From a virus (taxonomy: Duplodnaviria; Heunggongvirae; Uroviricota; Caudoviricetes): a stretch of 64,000 nt of DNA. The DNA is taken from positions 81,866 through 145,865 of IMG/VR virus record IMGVR_UViG_2595698394_000001. One strand, 5' to 3'. Position numbers and translations under genes: made by a program. The stretch's first letter is position 1. Every line of letters begins with the position of its first letter. The notes below the pieces were generated by a model. It saw only the letters and a program-made list of their open reading frames with translations, made no database searches and was not told the origin of the DNA. Of the stretch, positions 37,024-46,743 are shown piece after piece.

Positions 37024-37848
37024 ATGACACAAGAACAACAAAAAATATTAGCACAAATCAGTACAGATACTATTTTATACTTTTTAAGAGAAGTAAGGTG
37101 CACAGCAATTCAAATATGGCAGCCTTTGGATGTTATAGGAAAAGCTAAAGAGATGGGTTTTGAAATAACAGAGGAACAAGCTATAGATATTATAGCAGAT
37201 ATTAGAAAAAATAAGGATTGTGTTATAGGGATAACATGGGACACAATAGAAAATCACATCGAGGATTTAATTATTAAGAACTCTTTTACACTAAATACAG
37301 TTGAGTCTGGAGAAGTTAAATTTTGTTCTTTAGAGACTAATGATGAGGTAGGGAACTACTGGGATGATGATTCTTTTGGTTACTATGGCTTAACTAAGGA
37401 ACAAATTTTAAATGGTGAGTGCGAATCTTTTACAGTAAAAAAGGAGAAGGCTATAGTATTTATGGATGGATATGATGAAGTAAGACTTGCAAAGGATCAC
37501 TCAGTAATTTTTTCTACAAAGATTCCTGAAACAATTGCAGAATATTTTGACAGGGAAACTATAGTTCATAGTGTAATAGATGAGGTGGTCAGTATATGGA
37601 ACGAAACTGAAGACCTAAGTAAAGTGGATAACTACTTATTAGATGAAGGCGAGTGTACCCAAGAGGAGAGAGAAGTGATTACTGAAATGTTGTATAAATT
37701 TTTTACAGTAAAAAAGGAATTAACTAAGGAAAGAGTAAAGGAAGAGATGGAACTTCATAATAATGATGAAGCAGGAATAAACAACCAATGGACTTATGAA
37801 GATGCAGAGTACCATCTTTTATTAAGTGATGAATTTTATAAAAACTAA
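37024..37848 (+). CDS. Hypothetical acidic protein (274 aa)
   Basis: ORF track. Confidence 0.5.
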   Translation: MTQEQQKILAQISTDTILYFLREVRCTAIQIWQPLDVIGKAKEMGFEITEEQAIDIIADIRKNKDCVIGITWDTIENHIEDLIIKNSFTLNTVESGEVKFCSLETNDEVGNYWDDDSFGYYGLTKEQILNGECESFTVKKEKAIVFMDGYDEVRLAKDHSVIFSTKIPETIAEYFDRETIVHSVIDEVVSIWNETEDLSKVDNYLLDEGECTQEEREVITEMLYKFFTVKKELTKERVKEEMELHNNDEAGINNQWTYEDAEYHLLLSDEFYKN

Positions 37849-37850
37849 TT

Positions 37851-38435
37851 ATGAAAATAGAAACATATTTACCAATTTTTCCAGGATTCTATGGAACTGA
37901 CTTTGACTGTAACGAAGAAGACCAAATTTGTGAAGAGGAAAATCTTGAATACTCAGAAATAAATTGGAACTATAAAGATTATAGAGAAAGAGTTGCAATA
38001 GCTAGTTGCCAAATTATAGAGGAGTATCTTAAACATGATGGGTTTAATTTTGAGTTTAAATTTCAAGAGGTAGTTTCTCCAAGAGAATACAACTTTGTAA
38101 ATGACAGTATTAATGTAGAAGTGATCTTACTTAAGACAGAGTTTAATATTTTAATAGGCTATTTAAAAAGTAATTTAAGCGATTTTAAGGAGTTTTTAGA
38201 GGAGCACTATACATCTAGATCAGGATTCTGTAGTTTCTATGAGACAGCCCCTGAAATATGGATTAATGAGTATTTAAAACCATCTAGTGATAAGTATGAG
38301 CATTGTTTTGGTGCAGTACTAGGATTTTATTTAATAAATGAAGGGTTTACAGAAGATGAACTATTAAGTCAAGTAAGCCATGAAACTGGGACAATAGACT
38401 GGGAAGTAAAAGAAGAACTAATTGAAATGGAGTAA
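37851..38435 (+). CDS. Hypothetical protein (194 aa)
   Basis: ORF track. Confidence 0.5.
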   Translation: MKIETYLPIFPGFYGTDFDCNEEDQICEEENLEYSEINWNYKDYRERVAIASCQIIEEYLKHDGFNFEFKFQEVVSPREYNFVNDSINVEVILLKTEFNILIGYLKSNLSDFKEFLEEHYTSRSGFCSFYETAPEIWINEYLKPSSDKYEHCFGAVLGFYLINEGFTEDELLSQVSHETGTIDWEVKEELIEME

Positions 38436-38437
38436 TT

Positions 38438-38743
38438 ATGTTAGATTTTGTAAAAAAAGTTTTAGAAGATAAAGATACTTTTGGAGGATTTGAAATAGTC
38501 TCTTATAAACAGGGGAGTTTTCCTAGTAAAGAAGGTCCAACTTGGTATGGTAAGGCTAAGGATAGAACAGGAATGACTATTATACACTGGAATACAGAAG
38601 GACACTGTTGTACTTATTTTGGAGAAGAGTTGAAACCAAACATAAGTGTTTGCATTAGTAAAGATGGAGACACCAGAACAGTGTTCAATGGGTATTGTTT
38701 TACAAAAACAGATTTAAAAAAAGTGTTAAAATTGACTTGGTAA
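38438..38743 (+). CDS. Hypothetical protein (101 aa)
   Basis: ORF track. Confidence 0.5.
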   Translation: MLDFVKKVLEDKDTFGGFEIVSYKQGSFPSKEGPTWYGKAKDRTGMTIIHWNTEGHCCTYFGEELKPNISVCISKDGDTRTVFNGYCFTKTDLKKVLKLTW

Positions 38744-38744
38744 T

Positions 38745-39002
38745 ATGAATCATAAGCAAAAATTTCCAAACGGGTTTACTAGTTGGCAAGAAACTCATTT
38801 TGAAGTAGTGTCAAAACTAGTTAAAACAGTACATTTTTCAGGGAGTACTGCCCATAGAAAAAATGAAGAACAAGGAACTGGAGGTCTATATGAATTAGCA
38901 GAAGACTTAACAGATAAATTTGAGAAAGGTAATAAAGGGGCTGATTGGGAAGAGAAAAGCTTCTTTGACACAATAGAAACCTTCTTAAAAAAAGAGTTGT
39001 AG
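38745..39002 (+). CDS. Hypothetical protein (85 aa)
   Basis: ORF track. Confidence 0.45.
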   Translation: MNHKQKFPNGFTSWQETHFEVVSKLVKTVHFSGSTAHRKNEEQGTGGLYELAEDLTDKFEKGNKGADWEEKSFFDTIETFLKKEL

Positions 39003-39003
39003 T

Positions 39004-39468
39004 ATGGAAAAAATCGATTTTCACGGAGGTTGTAGGGGATGTACAATGCAAGAAGACCACGGAGTAACTAAGTGTGTAGGATGCCAGTACTTTAAAGCTG
39101 ATTGGAACTTACCTGATTTAAACACAGGTAAAAGTGAAGAAAAGGAAAGAACTGAGACTAGACTACTCGCAATAGAATTAACTGAAAAAGGAGCAAAATT
39201 TTCAAAAGGACACTGGTACTCTAAAAGAGAGTTTAGTATCTATAAATATAGAGCTAAATTTATAGCAGAAAATGGTAAGGGAGAAGATTTAGTAAACATG
39301 GATGTTTATACTACCAATACTAGTAAAGAAGAGCTTAAGTTTATTTTAACTGTAGCCGCACAAAAAAAGTTTTTGAGCAGTAATGTAAGAGGTAAAATAG
39401 TAAATTGGAGTAGTAAGGAAGCAGACCTTAAAATGGAAAACGATATAGATTTTTTATTAGATTTTTAA
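39004..39468 (+). CDS. Hypothetical protein (154 aa) with N-terminal CxxC...CxxC
   Basis: GGCRGCTMQ...CVGCQY. Confidence 0.5.
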   Translation: MEKIDFHGGCRGCTMQEDHGVTKCVGCQYFKADWNLPDLNTGKSEEKERTETRLLAIELTEKGAKFSKGHWYSKREFSIYKYRAKFIAENGKGEDLVNMDVYTTNTSKEELKFILTVAAQKKFLSSNVRGKIVNWSSKEADLKMENDIDFLLDF

Positions 39469-39470
39469 TT

Positions 39471-39659
39471 ATGAAAACATTAGTTAGTATTATAACAGGA
39501 AGAAAAGATTATCCTATATTTACAGGAAATAGTAATAATGAAGCTATATTAAAATACCTATCAGTGACAGAAGCAATAGAAGCTAAGTTAGATGAAGATA
39601 TTATAATTACAGACTCGGATGAGTTTAAAATAATAAATGTTGAGGAGGTAGTATTATGA
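39471..39659 (+). CDS. Hypothetical protein (62 aa)
   Basis: ORF track. Confidence 0.4.
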   Translation: MKTLVSIITGRKDYPIFTGNSNNEAILKYLSVTEAIEAKLDEDIIITDSDEFKIINVEEVVL

Positions 39660-39850
39660 GTAAAATATTAACAAAACTTTCGCAGTTTATTTCTACAGAA
39701 GAACTTACTTTGCAGGAATCTTATGATAAACTACTAAATCAAGAGAATTTAGATAGCACAGTTATAGCAGATGATGTTATAGATATGTGGGAGCCTCTGG
39801 AATACAGTTTAACAGTAGGTGATTTATTAAGAATAATTAGGAAAGAATAG
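39656..39850 (+). CDS. Hypothetical protein (64 aa)
   Basis: ORF track. Confidence 0.4.
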   Translation: MSKILTKLSQFISTEELTLQESYDKLLNQENLDSTVIADDVIDMWEPLEYSLTVGDLLRIIRKE

Positions 39851-40189
39851 ATGAGACAAATAGATTCATTTTTTAGGAGTAATGTAGAAGAGGATGACCA
39901 TAGTATATATAAAATGTTTCTAGTCATCTTAAAAAGAGAAGGAACCACTATAATACAAAAAGGTATTGATAGCTATATTCTTTTAAATGAAAAAGAAGAG
40001 GAGTGTCTGGTAATAGGGAGTAGGCTGATAGAGATTATTCAGAAAGGAAATATAATTATGGTTGCTCCACATGATTATATTAGAGAAAAAATAATTGAGA
40101 GGACTAAAGAAGAGATAGACTCCAAGATACAAAATATTAAAACAAAAGTAGATATACTTAGAATTAACCAAATTAAAAATTTATTATGA
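39851..40189 (+). CDS. Hypothetical protein (112 aa)
   Basis: ORF track. Confidence 0.5.
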   Translation: MRQIDSFFRSNVEEDDHSIYKMFLVILKREGTTIIQKGIDSYILLNEKEEECLVIGSRLIEIIQKGNIIMVAPHDYIREKIIERTKEEIDSKIQNIKTKVDILRINQIKNLL

Positions 40190-40482
40190 GCGAATCGTTA
40201 GAATTATATGCAAAAGATGATAAAGGAGTTCTAAGAGAAGTTACCCTTTTTGCTGTGCTATCAGCTGAATTTGAAAGAGCTGGCTTTAAAATGGACTCTG
40301 GAGCTTGGAAAGATGAAGACCATAATTGGTTAGGGATAGTACAAGAGAACTCTAAGTCTGAACAAATTGTGACTAACATAACTTTCCAAAACAATATGAA
40401 TACCATAACTGGCTTAGACATTTATGTTACTCCAATCAAAAGAGTTGTAGATGAAGATGAATCTGTAAATATCACTGGATAA
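40186..40482 (+). CDS. Hypothetical protein (98 aa)
   Basis: ORF track. Confidence 0.5.
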   Translation: MSESLELYAKDDKGVLREVTLFAVLSAEFERAGFKMDSGAWKDEDHNWLGIVQENSKSEQIVTNITFQNNMNTITGLDIYVTPIKRVVDEDESVNITG

Positions 40483-40706
40483 TGGCTGTAATTAAACTAG
40501 AAATAGAGAGTTGCAAAGATTGCCCAAATTTCAGAAGAGAAAGACACTATACTGGAGATAGTTGGGAAGAAGCATATAATTGGCATTGTAAAGCAAAAGA
40601 AGATAAAAAAATTCAAGGGTATGTAGAGTGGATGGATGAAAAGCACATAAAGATTCCTGAATGGTGCCCTATTAAAGAAAAAGAAGATGAAAGTATACCT
40701 AAGTAG
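40482..40706 (+). CDS. Small zinc-ribbon-like protein (74 aa)
   Basis: CKDCPNF...HC...WCP. Confidence 0.45.
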   Translation: MAVIKLEIESCKDCPNFRRERHYTGDSWEEAYNWHCKAKEDKKIQGYVEWMDEKHIKIPEWCPIKEKEDESIPK

Positions 40707-40890
40707 ATATAGCAATAAAGATACATATATAAAAGGCTTCCCTGATAAAAAAGAAGTCGTTGTGTCAATGGGAGAAGCAGTTAAACTTGCCAGGGAGAAA
40801 ATAGCAGAGACTAGGGGTACAACTACTTTTGTAGGGTTTAAGATCCATGATTTAGACGAAAATTTAAAACACAGTTTACCAAGCTATTAA
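40687..40890 (+). CDS. Hypothetical protein (67 aa)
   Basis: ORF track. Confidence 0.4.
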   Translation: MKVYLSRYSNKDTYIKGFPDKKEVVVSMGEAVKLAREKIAETRGTTTFVGFKIHDLDENLKHSLPSY

Positions 40891-40893
40891 GAT

Positions 40894-41364
40894 ATGACAG
40901 AATACGAAATATTAGGTATCAGAAAATGGGCTACAGTAGAAGAAGCTAAGGTAGCGTATAAGAAACTTGCAAAGAAATACCATCCAGATAAAACTGGAGG
41001 AGATGAAACTGCAACAAAAAGATTTTTAGCTATTAAAAAGGCTTATGAAAAGTTGTCCTCAGAAAAAAATACTTTGAGAAGTGGAGAAATAACAAGTGTA
41101 AACGAGAATGCAGATGGTTCTATAGAGTTTCAGGTTAGGTTTACTAAAGGAGTAAGTAGCGTACATATTGGTGACCTTGTATTCACTCCTAGGTTTGATA
41201 ATCTTTTTGGTAGAATAACTTTAGAAAAAGCTTACTTAGAAAAAAGGGAGTATTTACTTATAATACGTTTTGTAGATATTCTAGGCAATGTTGTATCCTC
41301 TTACACATACAATGACAATTCAAAAAATAGTTGGTGGGTAAAACTTAAAAACTTTTTTAGGTAA
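40894..41364 (+). CDS. J-domain (DnaJ-like) protein
   Basis: YEILGIRKWATVEEAKVAYKKLAKKYHPDK with the HPD motif. Confidence 0.6.
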   Translation: MTEYEILGIRKWATVEEAKVAYKKLAKKYHPDKTGGDETATKRFLAIKKAYEKLSSEKNTLRSGEITSVNENADGSIEFQVRFTKGVSSVHIGDLVFTPRFDNLFGRITLEKAYLEKREYLLIIRFVDILGNVVSSYTYNDNSKNSWWVKLKNFFR

Positions 41365-41469
41365 TATGGAAAAAGAAGAGAAATGCCAGTACGTAAAAAG
41401 AGAGGGCGAAAGTTGTACCTTAAATAATAACTGCACTTTCCCAAATTGTATAGATAAAACCTTAAAGAA

Positions 41470-41802
41470 ATGAAGTATATATCTGAGGAAGATTTTTTAG
41501 CTAGTGCTGACAAAAGTTTAATTGCTGCTGTAATTAAATCAATAAAGAACGCCATAATTAAGAGTAATCATATAGAGGGAGATATAGGGGAGGGGTTCTC
41601 TAATTATACTTTTGATAACTCTGAAACTATAGTTGTTATAATATATAAGTACAAATTACTTAAAGAATTAAAAGCTGAGACAAGTTTTGACGCTTATATA
41701 GGTAAGGAAGTAAATGATTTAGTATTAGACAAAATAAATGCTATTAAAGCAAGGGCAGAAGCTAGAGGAGACGGTTTTACTTGGGAAGAAAAACAAAAGT
41801 AA
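41470..41802 (+). CDS. Hypothetical protein (110 aa)
   Basis: ORF track. Confidence 0.5.
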   Translation: MKYISEEDFLASADKSLIAAVIKSIKNAIIKSNHIEGDIGEGFSNYTFDNSETIVVIIYKYKLLKELKAETSFDAYIGKEVNDLVLDKINAIKARAEARGDGFTWEEKQK

Positions 41803-41803
41803 T

Positions 41804-42142
41804 ATGGAAATATTGAGTATTAAAGAAGGTCTATTTAAAGAAATATACGAGCATCAAGCTTTTCAAGAACTAAGGATAACTATGGATTGGGATGTAGATG
41901 AAGCAATATATCAACAAGAAAATTACTTATTTGATTGGTTACCATCTTATTACATTGTGTTTGACTTATATATTCGAGAGATAATTCAAGGAAGGGATCC
42001 TCACAGAGAGCGAGTAAGAGTAAACCTAGATATAGAAGATATTAGAGTCTACCCTAAAGAAAATAATGTTAAGCTTGAGTTAAAGTACTTGGACAAAGAC
42101 TTTATAAAGCAGTATATTTGTGGCATACTAAAAACAGAGTAG
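41804..42142 (+). CDS. Hypothetical protein (~112 aa)
   Basis: ORF track 41738..42142 trimmed to the Met (MEILS) that follows the upstream stop. Confidence 0.45.
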   Translation: MEILSIKEGLFKEIYEHQAFQELRITMDWDVDEAIYQQENYLFDWLPSYYIVFDLYIREIIQGRDPHRERVRVNLDIEDIRVYPKENNVKLELKYLDKDFIKQYICGILKTE

Positions 42143-42210
42143 ATGAAGATAAAAAAATATAACCCAAAACACTATAGTAAAAGTAAGGCTGAAATGCATC
42201 TTACTCCTTT

Positions 42211-42471
42211 TTGGCCTATAGTGGTAATTATAGGCTCTTTTATAATAGGGATCTTAATAGCTGTCTTATGTTTTACTTAGGAGCTATAGTAGCTGCAACT
42301 AGGAAGAAAAGGCAGGGAAAAAGAAAAAATAAGAGAAAAAAGGACTCTCATCCAATACATAATACAAGTAAGGAAGAGTATTACCATAGAATTAGTAAAG
42401 GTAAATGTGGAAGTTGTGGTGAAGACTCTGGAGAGTACTTGGGCATCTGTGACGAGTGTAGATATAGTTAG
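42211..42471 (+). CDS. Basic protein with a C-terminal CxxC...CxxC zinc ribbon (86 aa)
   Basis: KRQGKRKNKRKK...CGSCG...CDEC. Confidence 0.45.
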   Translation: MAYSGNYRLFYNRDLNSCLMFYLGAIVAATRKKRQGKRKNKRKKDSHPIHNTSKEEYYHRISKGKCGSCGEDSGEYLGICDECRYS

Positions 42472-42487
42472 TAAAAATATCATAAAA

Positions 42488-42691
42488 ATGAATAGTGAAT
42501 CAAAATTTTTTGACGGGGAAGAGGATTATATATTTTGGGAACAAAGACCTTTTATTCCTACAAATAATAGAAAACTAAATGTTATTGAAGCAAATGACAT
42601 TGTAAATAAATTAATGCTATCTTGTCAAGATGCAAAGACTTTAGAAGAAGCGGAACAGCTTAAAAGCTGGATCAAAAATAGAGAGGTATGA
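42488..42691 (+). CDS. Hypothetical protein (67 aa)
   Basis: ORF track 42407..42691 trimmed to the Met after the upstream stop. Confidence 0.35.
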   Translation: MNSESKFFDGEEDYIFWEQRPFIPTNNRKLNVIEANDIVNKLMLSCQDAKTLEEAEQLKSWIKNREV

Positions 42692-42808
42692 AATGGCTAA
42701 AAAAAGCTTTTTTGTACTACTTAATGGTAGAAATTAGAGAGTTAGATACCCCAGAAGGGAGAATTATTTATAGATGGGCTAGGTTAAATCATCACAAATT
42801 AAAGAAAA

Positions 42809-43609
42809 ATGAAAGTAGGATACAAAAGTACCAGTATTGAAGGTAAATGTTTAAAAAATACCTACGAGGTAGGGAAAGAATACATCGTAGATAAAAAGGA
42901 AGTGATTAGAGAAATAAGTACTCTTGGAGCATCACCTGTTGAAGATAAAAGCTTACGAGTACATTCTGAGGAAGTGATACATTACTGTGATAATTTTTCT
43001 GACTGCCAAAATTGGGCAAAGCCTAAGTACCACACTAGGTTTTTTGAAATCCAAGTTTTAGGAAGGTTCAAAAATGAACTTACTAAGAGTGGTACAACTC
43101 ATATTAAAATATTAAAAGAATTATCAGAAAGTGATATTAAAAGCTTAAAAGAGAAGGCTCTTGAAAATGCAGTAGATACAATTTTAGGGCTTAAGAAGTT
43201 AAGAAAATTACAAAAGGCTTTCCCTAATTTAATAGTAGGAGGAAGCATTTCTTTGTTTTTACAAGGAGTAAAGTTAGGAAGATTAACAGCTAGAGACCGT
43301 GATCCGAGTGATTTTGATTTAATTAGCCCTTACTGGATTAATTTAGAAGACGTAGGAGCAGAATTACTAGACTCCAAAAATAGTGGAAACTCATTTAATG
43401 AGACCTATACTTATGAAGGCATAAAATTAGACTTAGCTATATCTAATACTAGCAAGTTTAGTATTGTAGAACACAACGGACATAAGTACAAAGTTAATAG
43501 CATATTTGAGATTTTAGGACATAAAATAAGTTATGCAACACAAAAAAATGGGCATAAACACAGGAAGGATATTATGGAGATTATTGGAATTAAAACAGAG
43601 AACAAATGA
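42809..43609 (+). CDS. Hypothetical protein (266 aa)
   Basis: ORF track; overlaps the downstream exonuclease start. Confidence 0.5.
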   Translation: MKVGYKSTSIEGKCLKNTYEVGKEYIVDKKEVIREISTLGASPVEDKSLRVHSEEVIHYCDNFSDCQNWAKPKYHTRFFEIQVLGRFKNELTKSGTTHIKILKELSESDIKSLKEKALENAVDTILGLKKLRKLQKAFPNLIVGGSISLFLQGVKLGRLTARDRDPSDFDLISPYWINLEDVGAELLDSKNSGNSFNETYTYEGIKLDLAISNTSKFSIVEHNGHKYKVNSIFEILGHKISYATQKNGHKHRKDIMEIIGIKTENK

Positions 43610-44586
43610 ACAACAAAGTTAGAACAGTAAACATTGAGAGTTTATTATTTTTAGACATAGAGACTGTCTCTAGAAATAAGGAGTTAGATTTAGAGGGAGA
43701 AGAGTATGATCTTTTTGCCTGGAAGCAAAGGGATAGAGATACAGACCGTCTTAAAATAAACACTGAGTTAGAGCTACTTTATACCACCAAAGCAGCCTTA
43801 TCTCCAGTTTTTAATAGGATAGTTTGTGTTACTGTAGCTTATGTAAGAGGTACTACAGTGTACTATAAGGCTATTACAGGGCATGAGAAAGACATTCTTG
43901 AAGAAGTGTATTCAATATTAAACTCAGAAAATTGGATGCCTTGTGGGTACAATATCACTAATTTTGACATGCCTGTTATGAGGTTAAAAGCTTATCAAAG
44001 TAAAGTAGAAACAATCTTAAAAGATACTCTATCTGACAGTGGTAAAAAGCCTTGGGATATGTCAAAATATTTCTTAGATTTAATGGACGTGTTTAGAGGG
44101 ACTATATTCAGTAACATGTCTTTAGAAGAAGCTTGTTATTTATCTGGAATACCTTCACCAAAAACAACTATAAAAGGGCATGAGGTTACCAGAACATTCT
44201 ATAGAGCAGAAAATGGGTTAGAGACAATAGCAAATTATTGTAATGCAGATACTATAGCCTGTGTAAAATTGGTTGCTCAGATGAAAGGTATGGACATATC
44301 CCTTTTAAACTATGTAGATAGAACAGGAGTTCAGAAAAAAGAAGTTGTAGACAACAGAACTACGTTAGAGAAACTTTATGATAACAATGGTTTTACTGCT
44401 GATATTAAAGAAGAACTTACAGTTGCTCTTAGAAAAAAGAGAATGACTAAAAAAGATAAAGAGAACATCTTTACTATTTTAAGAGGAGTATTGGTAAGAG
44501 CAGACTTTGAAAATAACGACCAAGATTCTAAGGCGAAAATAAAAGAAAAAGAAGACAGTATTAATGAATTTATAAGCACATTATAA
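43606..44586 (+). CDS. DEDDy-type 3'-5' exonuclease (RNase H-like fold)
   Basis: Exo I LFLDIETV, Exo II YNITNFDMPVM, Exo III YCNADTIACVKL. Confidence 0.6.
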   Translation: MNNKVRTVNIESLLFLDIETVSRNKELDLEGEEYDLFAWKQRDRDTDRLKINTELELLYTTKAALSPVFNRIVCVTVAYVRGTTVYYKAITGHEKDILEEVYSILNSENWMPCGYNITNFDMPVMRLKAYQSKVETILKDTLSDSGKKPWDMSKYFLDLMDVFRGTIFSNMSLEEACYLSGIPSPKTTIKGHEVTRTFYRAENGLETIANYCNADTIACVKLVAQMKGMDISLLNYVDRTGVQKKEVVDNRTTLEKLYDNNGFTADIKEELTVALRKKRMTKKDKENIFTILRGVLVRADFENNDQDSKAKIKEKEDSINEFISTL

Positions 44587-45338
44587 TGGCCAGAGCAAAA
44601 ATAGTATTACCCAGTATCTTAACAAAAGACAGTTGGTTTTATAAAGAAAACAAAGATATATGTGATCCACATTTAGGTAAACCTTATATTTCTTATTCAA
44701 CATCAACCTCTTGGATAAGTTATAGAGAAGATTTGATTAAGCAAAAGTTTGCTAAAATTAAATTAGATGCCAAAAAACTTTATGCCGAGTTAGGTAATTA
44801 CTTAGGGGAAGCAGTAGAAAATGGTAAGTTTGGAGAGAACCCTAATCAATTTACAGGGCAAGAGAACTTTAGGCTTATACCAAGACCAGAAGGTGCTGAG
44901 TATGAAAAAATGATCTTAATTGATATGGGAGACTATATAATTTTAGGATTCATTGATATTTTCTTAGAAACCTCAGAGTTTGAACTTCCAGAGAAAGTAG
45001 GAGGTAAAACTAATGTTAAGGTAGCTGTAGCCAATGTACAGGATTTAAAGACTGGAGGTAAGAAAAAAGAAGATGAGTATGCTTCAGAAGACTATACACA
45101 AGTTATCTTGTATGCCAAAGCTTTAGAGAATAGAGGGTATAAGATAGGAAAAACAAGTGTTTGGTTTGTTCGTAGAACAGGGAGTCATATAAACCCTCCT
45201 TTACATATATCAGATGAACAGTTTGAAATTCCTTTAGAGTATAATGAGGCTAGAGTTGACTTTGCACTAAAAAAGATAGATAAGTCAGTTAGAGAAATAT
45301 CTGACTGTTATAAAACGTACCTTAAGTTTTTTGGATAA
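44586..45338 (+). CDS. Possible PD-(D/E)xK nuclease (250 aa)
   Basis: ILGFIDIFLE...ELPEK D...E.K pattern; weak. Confidence 0.3.
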   Translation: MARAKIVLPSILTKDSWFYKENKDICDPHLGKPYISYSTSTSWISYREDLIKQKFAKIKLDAKKLYAELGNYLGEAVENGKFGENPNQFTGQENFRLIPRPEGAEYEKMILIDMGDYIILGFIDIFLETSEFELPEKVGGKTNVKVAVANVQDLKTGGKKKEDEYASEDYTQVILYAKALENRGYKIGKTSVWFVRRTGSHINPPLHISDEQFEIPLEYNEARVDFALKKIDKSVREISDCYKTYLKFFG

Positions 45339-45495
45339 TGGATGAGGATATAATTAAGTATATATTTTATAGGTTAGTAGTTTTGGTTCTTATTTTATGC
45401 TCACTAATATTTGCAGCAGGATATTTTTTAGGACAACATTAACATATACTTCCAAATAAAAGAGTACCTTTGACAAAGAAACCAATAGCAACAAA

Positions 45496-45669
45496 ATGAA
45501 CAAAAGTGTAAAAGCAATAATTTTAACAGGGTTGGCAGTAATTTTTGCAATAGGTGCTCTTATTGGAGTATGTATTTGTTTAGCAGCAGAAAATCTTAGG
45601 TTAGGTTGGATAACAACAACCTTTGCAGTATTAAGTGGGGTAACACTCTTATTAAAAAATGAAATATAA
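45496..45669 (+). CDS. Small 2-TM membrane protein (57 aa)
   Basis: Hand translation MNKSVKAIILTGLAVIFAIGALIGVCICLAAENLRLGWITTTFAVLSGVTLLLKNEI; below the ORF-track cutoff. Confidence 0.4.
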   Translation: MNKSVKAIILTGLAVIFAIGALIGVCICLAAENLRLGWITTTFAVLSGVTLLLKNEI

Positions 45670-45840
45670 ATGGAAACAAGGAGCAAATTATTGAAGTATT
45701 TACTGTATATTTGTCAGGCAATAGCAGTAGCGTACATAGCTATGTACATGTTTAGATCGGATTACCCCTTTTTAGTGGTTCCTCTTATTATTGGAGTAGC
45801 GATTGTATTAATTTTAGTTTTAACAAGAAAAAAGAAGTAA
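45670..45840 (+). CDS. Small 2-TM membrane protein with a basic C-terminus (56 aa); holin-like topology
   Basis: METRSKLLKYLLYICQAIAVAYIAMYMFRSDYPFLVVPLIIGVAIVLILVLTRKKK; abuts the upstream stop and the downstream ATG. Confidence 0.4.
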   Translation: METRSKLLKYLLYICQAIAVAYIAMYMFRSDYPFLVVPLIIGVAIVLILVLTRKKK

Positions 45841-45843
45841 AGA

Positions 45844-46623
45844 ATGAAAAAGTTTATTGGATTATTATTAGTAGCATCAGTTTTTATGTCATGTAACAGG
45901 CCAGAGCCTAACTATGAAGGGGTGCTAATGACAGATTACGGTAGAAATGGCATAGAGTCATTTAAAGTAGTAACAGGAGCACAAGGCCCTTTAGGACCAG
46001 GATCAGAGTTGTATGAAGTTCCTATGTGGGAGCAAAAAGGAGATCCTAGAGTTGTAGAAATTTCTGCAAAAGATGCTGGAGTGTTTACAGTGGATCCTGC
46101 CTACACTTATATTCCTATTAGAGGTAAAGGACCTGAAATTGTGTTAGCTTATAAAAATTATAATGTAAATAACCCTAACTCTTTCTTTGAGTCAGTTGAG
46201 GAAAATGTAATTAATAAAAGGGTGACAGACGCTTACAGAGAAGAAGCTAGAGGGTACACGACAGACTCTTTAATGAATAATTTAACAGGTTACGAGAATG
46301 CAGTACAAAACAGATTAAAGAAGGAGTTTAATTCTAAGTACTTTGAGTTGACTACACTTACCTCAGGATTAAAACCACCAAAGTCTATGGCTGACGCTAT
46401 TGAAAGAAGAAATAGGTCAATACAAGAAGCTAATGAGGTAGAGAATCAGTTAAGGACTGCTGAAATGTTATTACAGAAAGCCACTATTGACGCTGAAACT
46501 AATAGAGTGTCTTCTTTAGGGTTAACAAAAGAAATTTTAACAGCTAGGTATATTGAAGCTCTTAGAAATTCTAAGAATAGAATAATTATAACAGATGGCA
46601 AGACTCCAGTAATTTTAAATTAA
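45844..46623 (+). CDS. SPFH/band-7 (stomatin/prohibitin-like) lipoprotein
   Basis: Lipobox VFMSCN; C-terminal ...TARYIEALRNSKNRIIITDGKTPVILN typical of the SPFH family. Confidence 0.55.
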   Translation: MKKFIGLLLVASVFMSCNRPEPNYEGVLMTDYGRNGIESFKVVTGAQGPLGPGSELYEVPMWEQKGDPRVVEISAKDAGVFTVDPAYTYIPIRGKGPEIVLAYKNYNVNNPNSFFESVEENVINKRVTDAYREEARGYTTDSLMNNLTGYENAVQNRLKKEFNSKYFELTTLTSGLKPPKSMADAIERRNRSIQEANEVENQLRTAEMLLQKATIDAETNRVSSLGLTKEILTARYIEALRNSKNRIIITDGKTPVILN

Positions 46624-46743
46624 AATGAGTGTTCAATCAGATTACAAGGCAATAAAAGACTTCAGTGGTGATTGGAGTAAATCTCTAAGAGAGAAATACA
46701 ACATGACAGAGGAAGAAGTATTAAATAACATAGAACTATAAAA

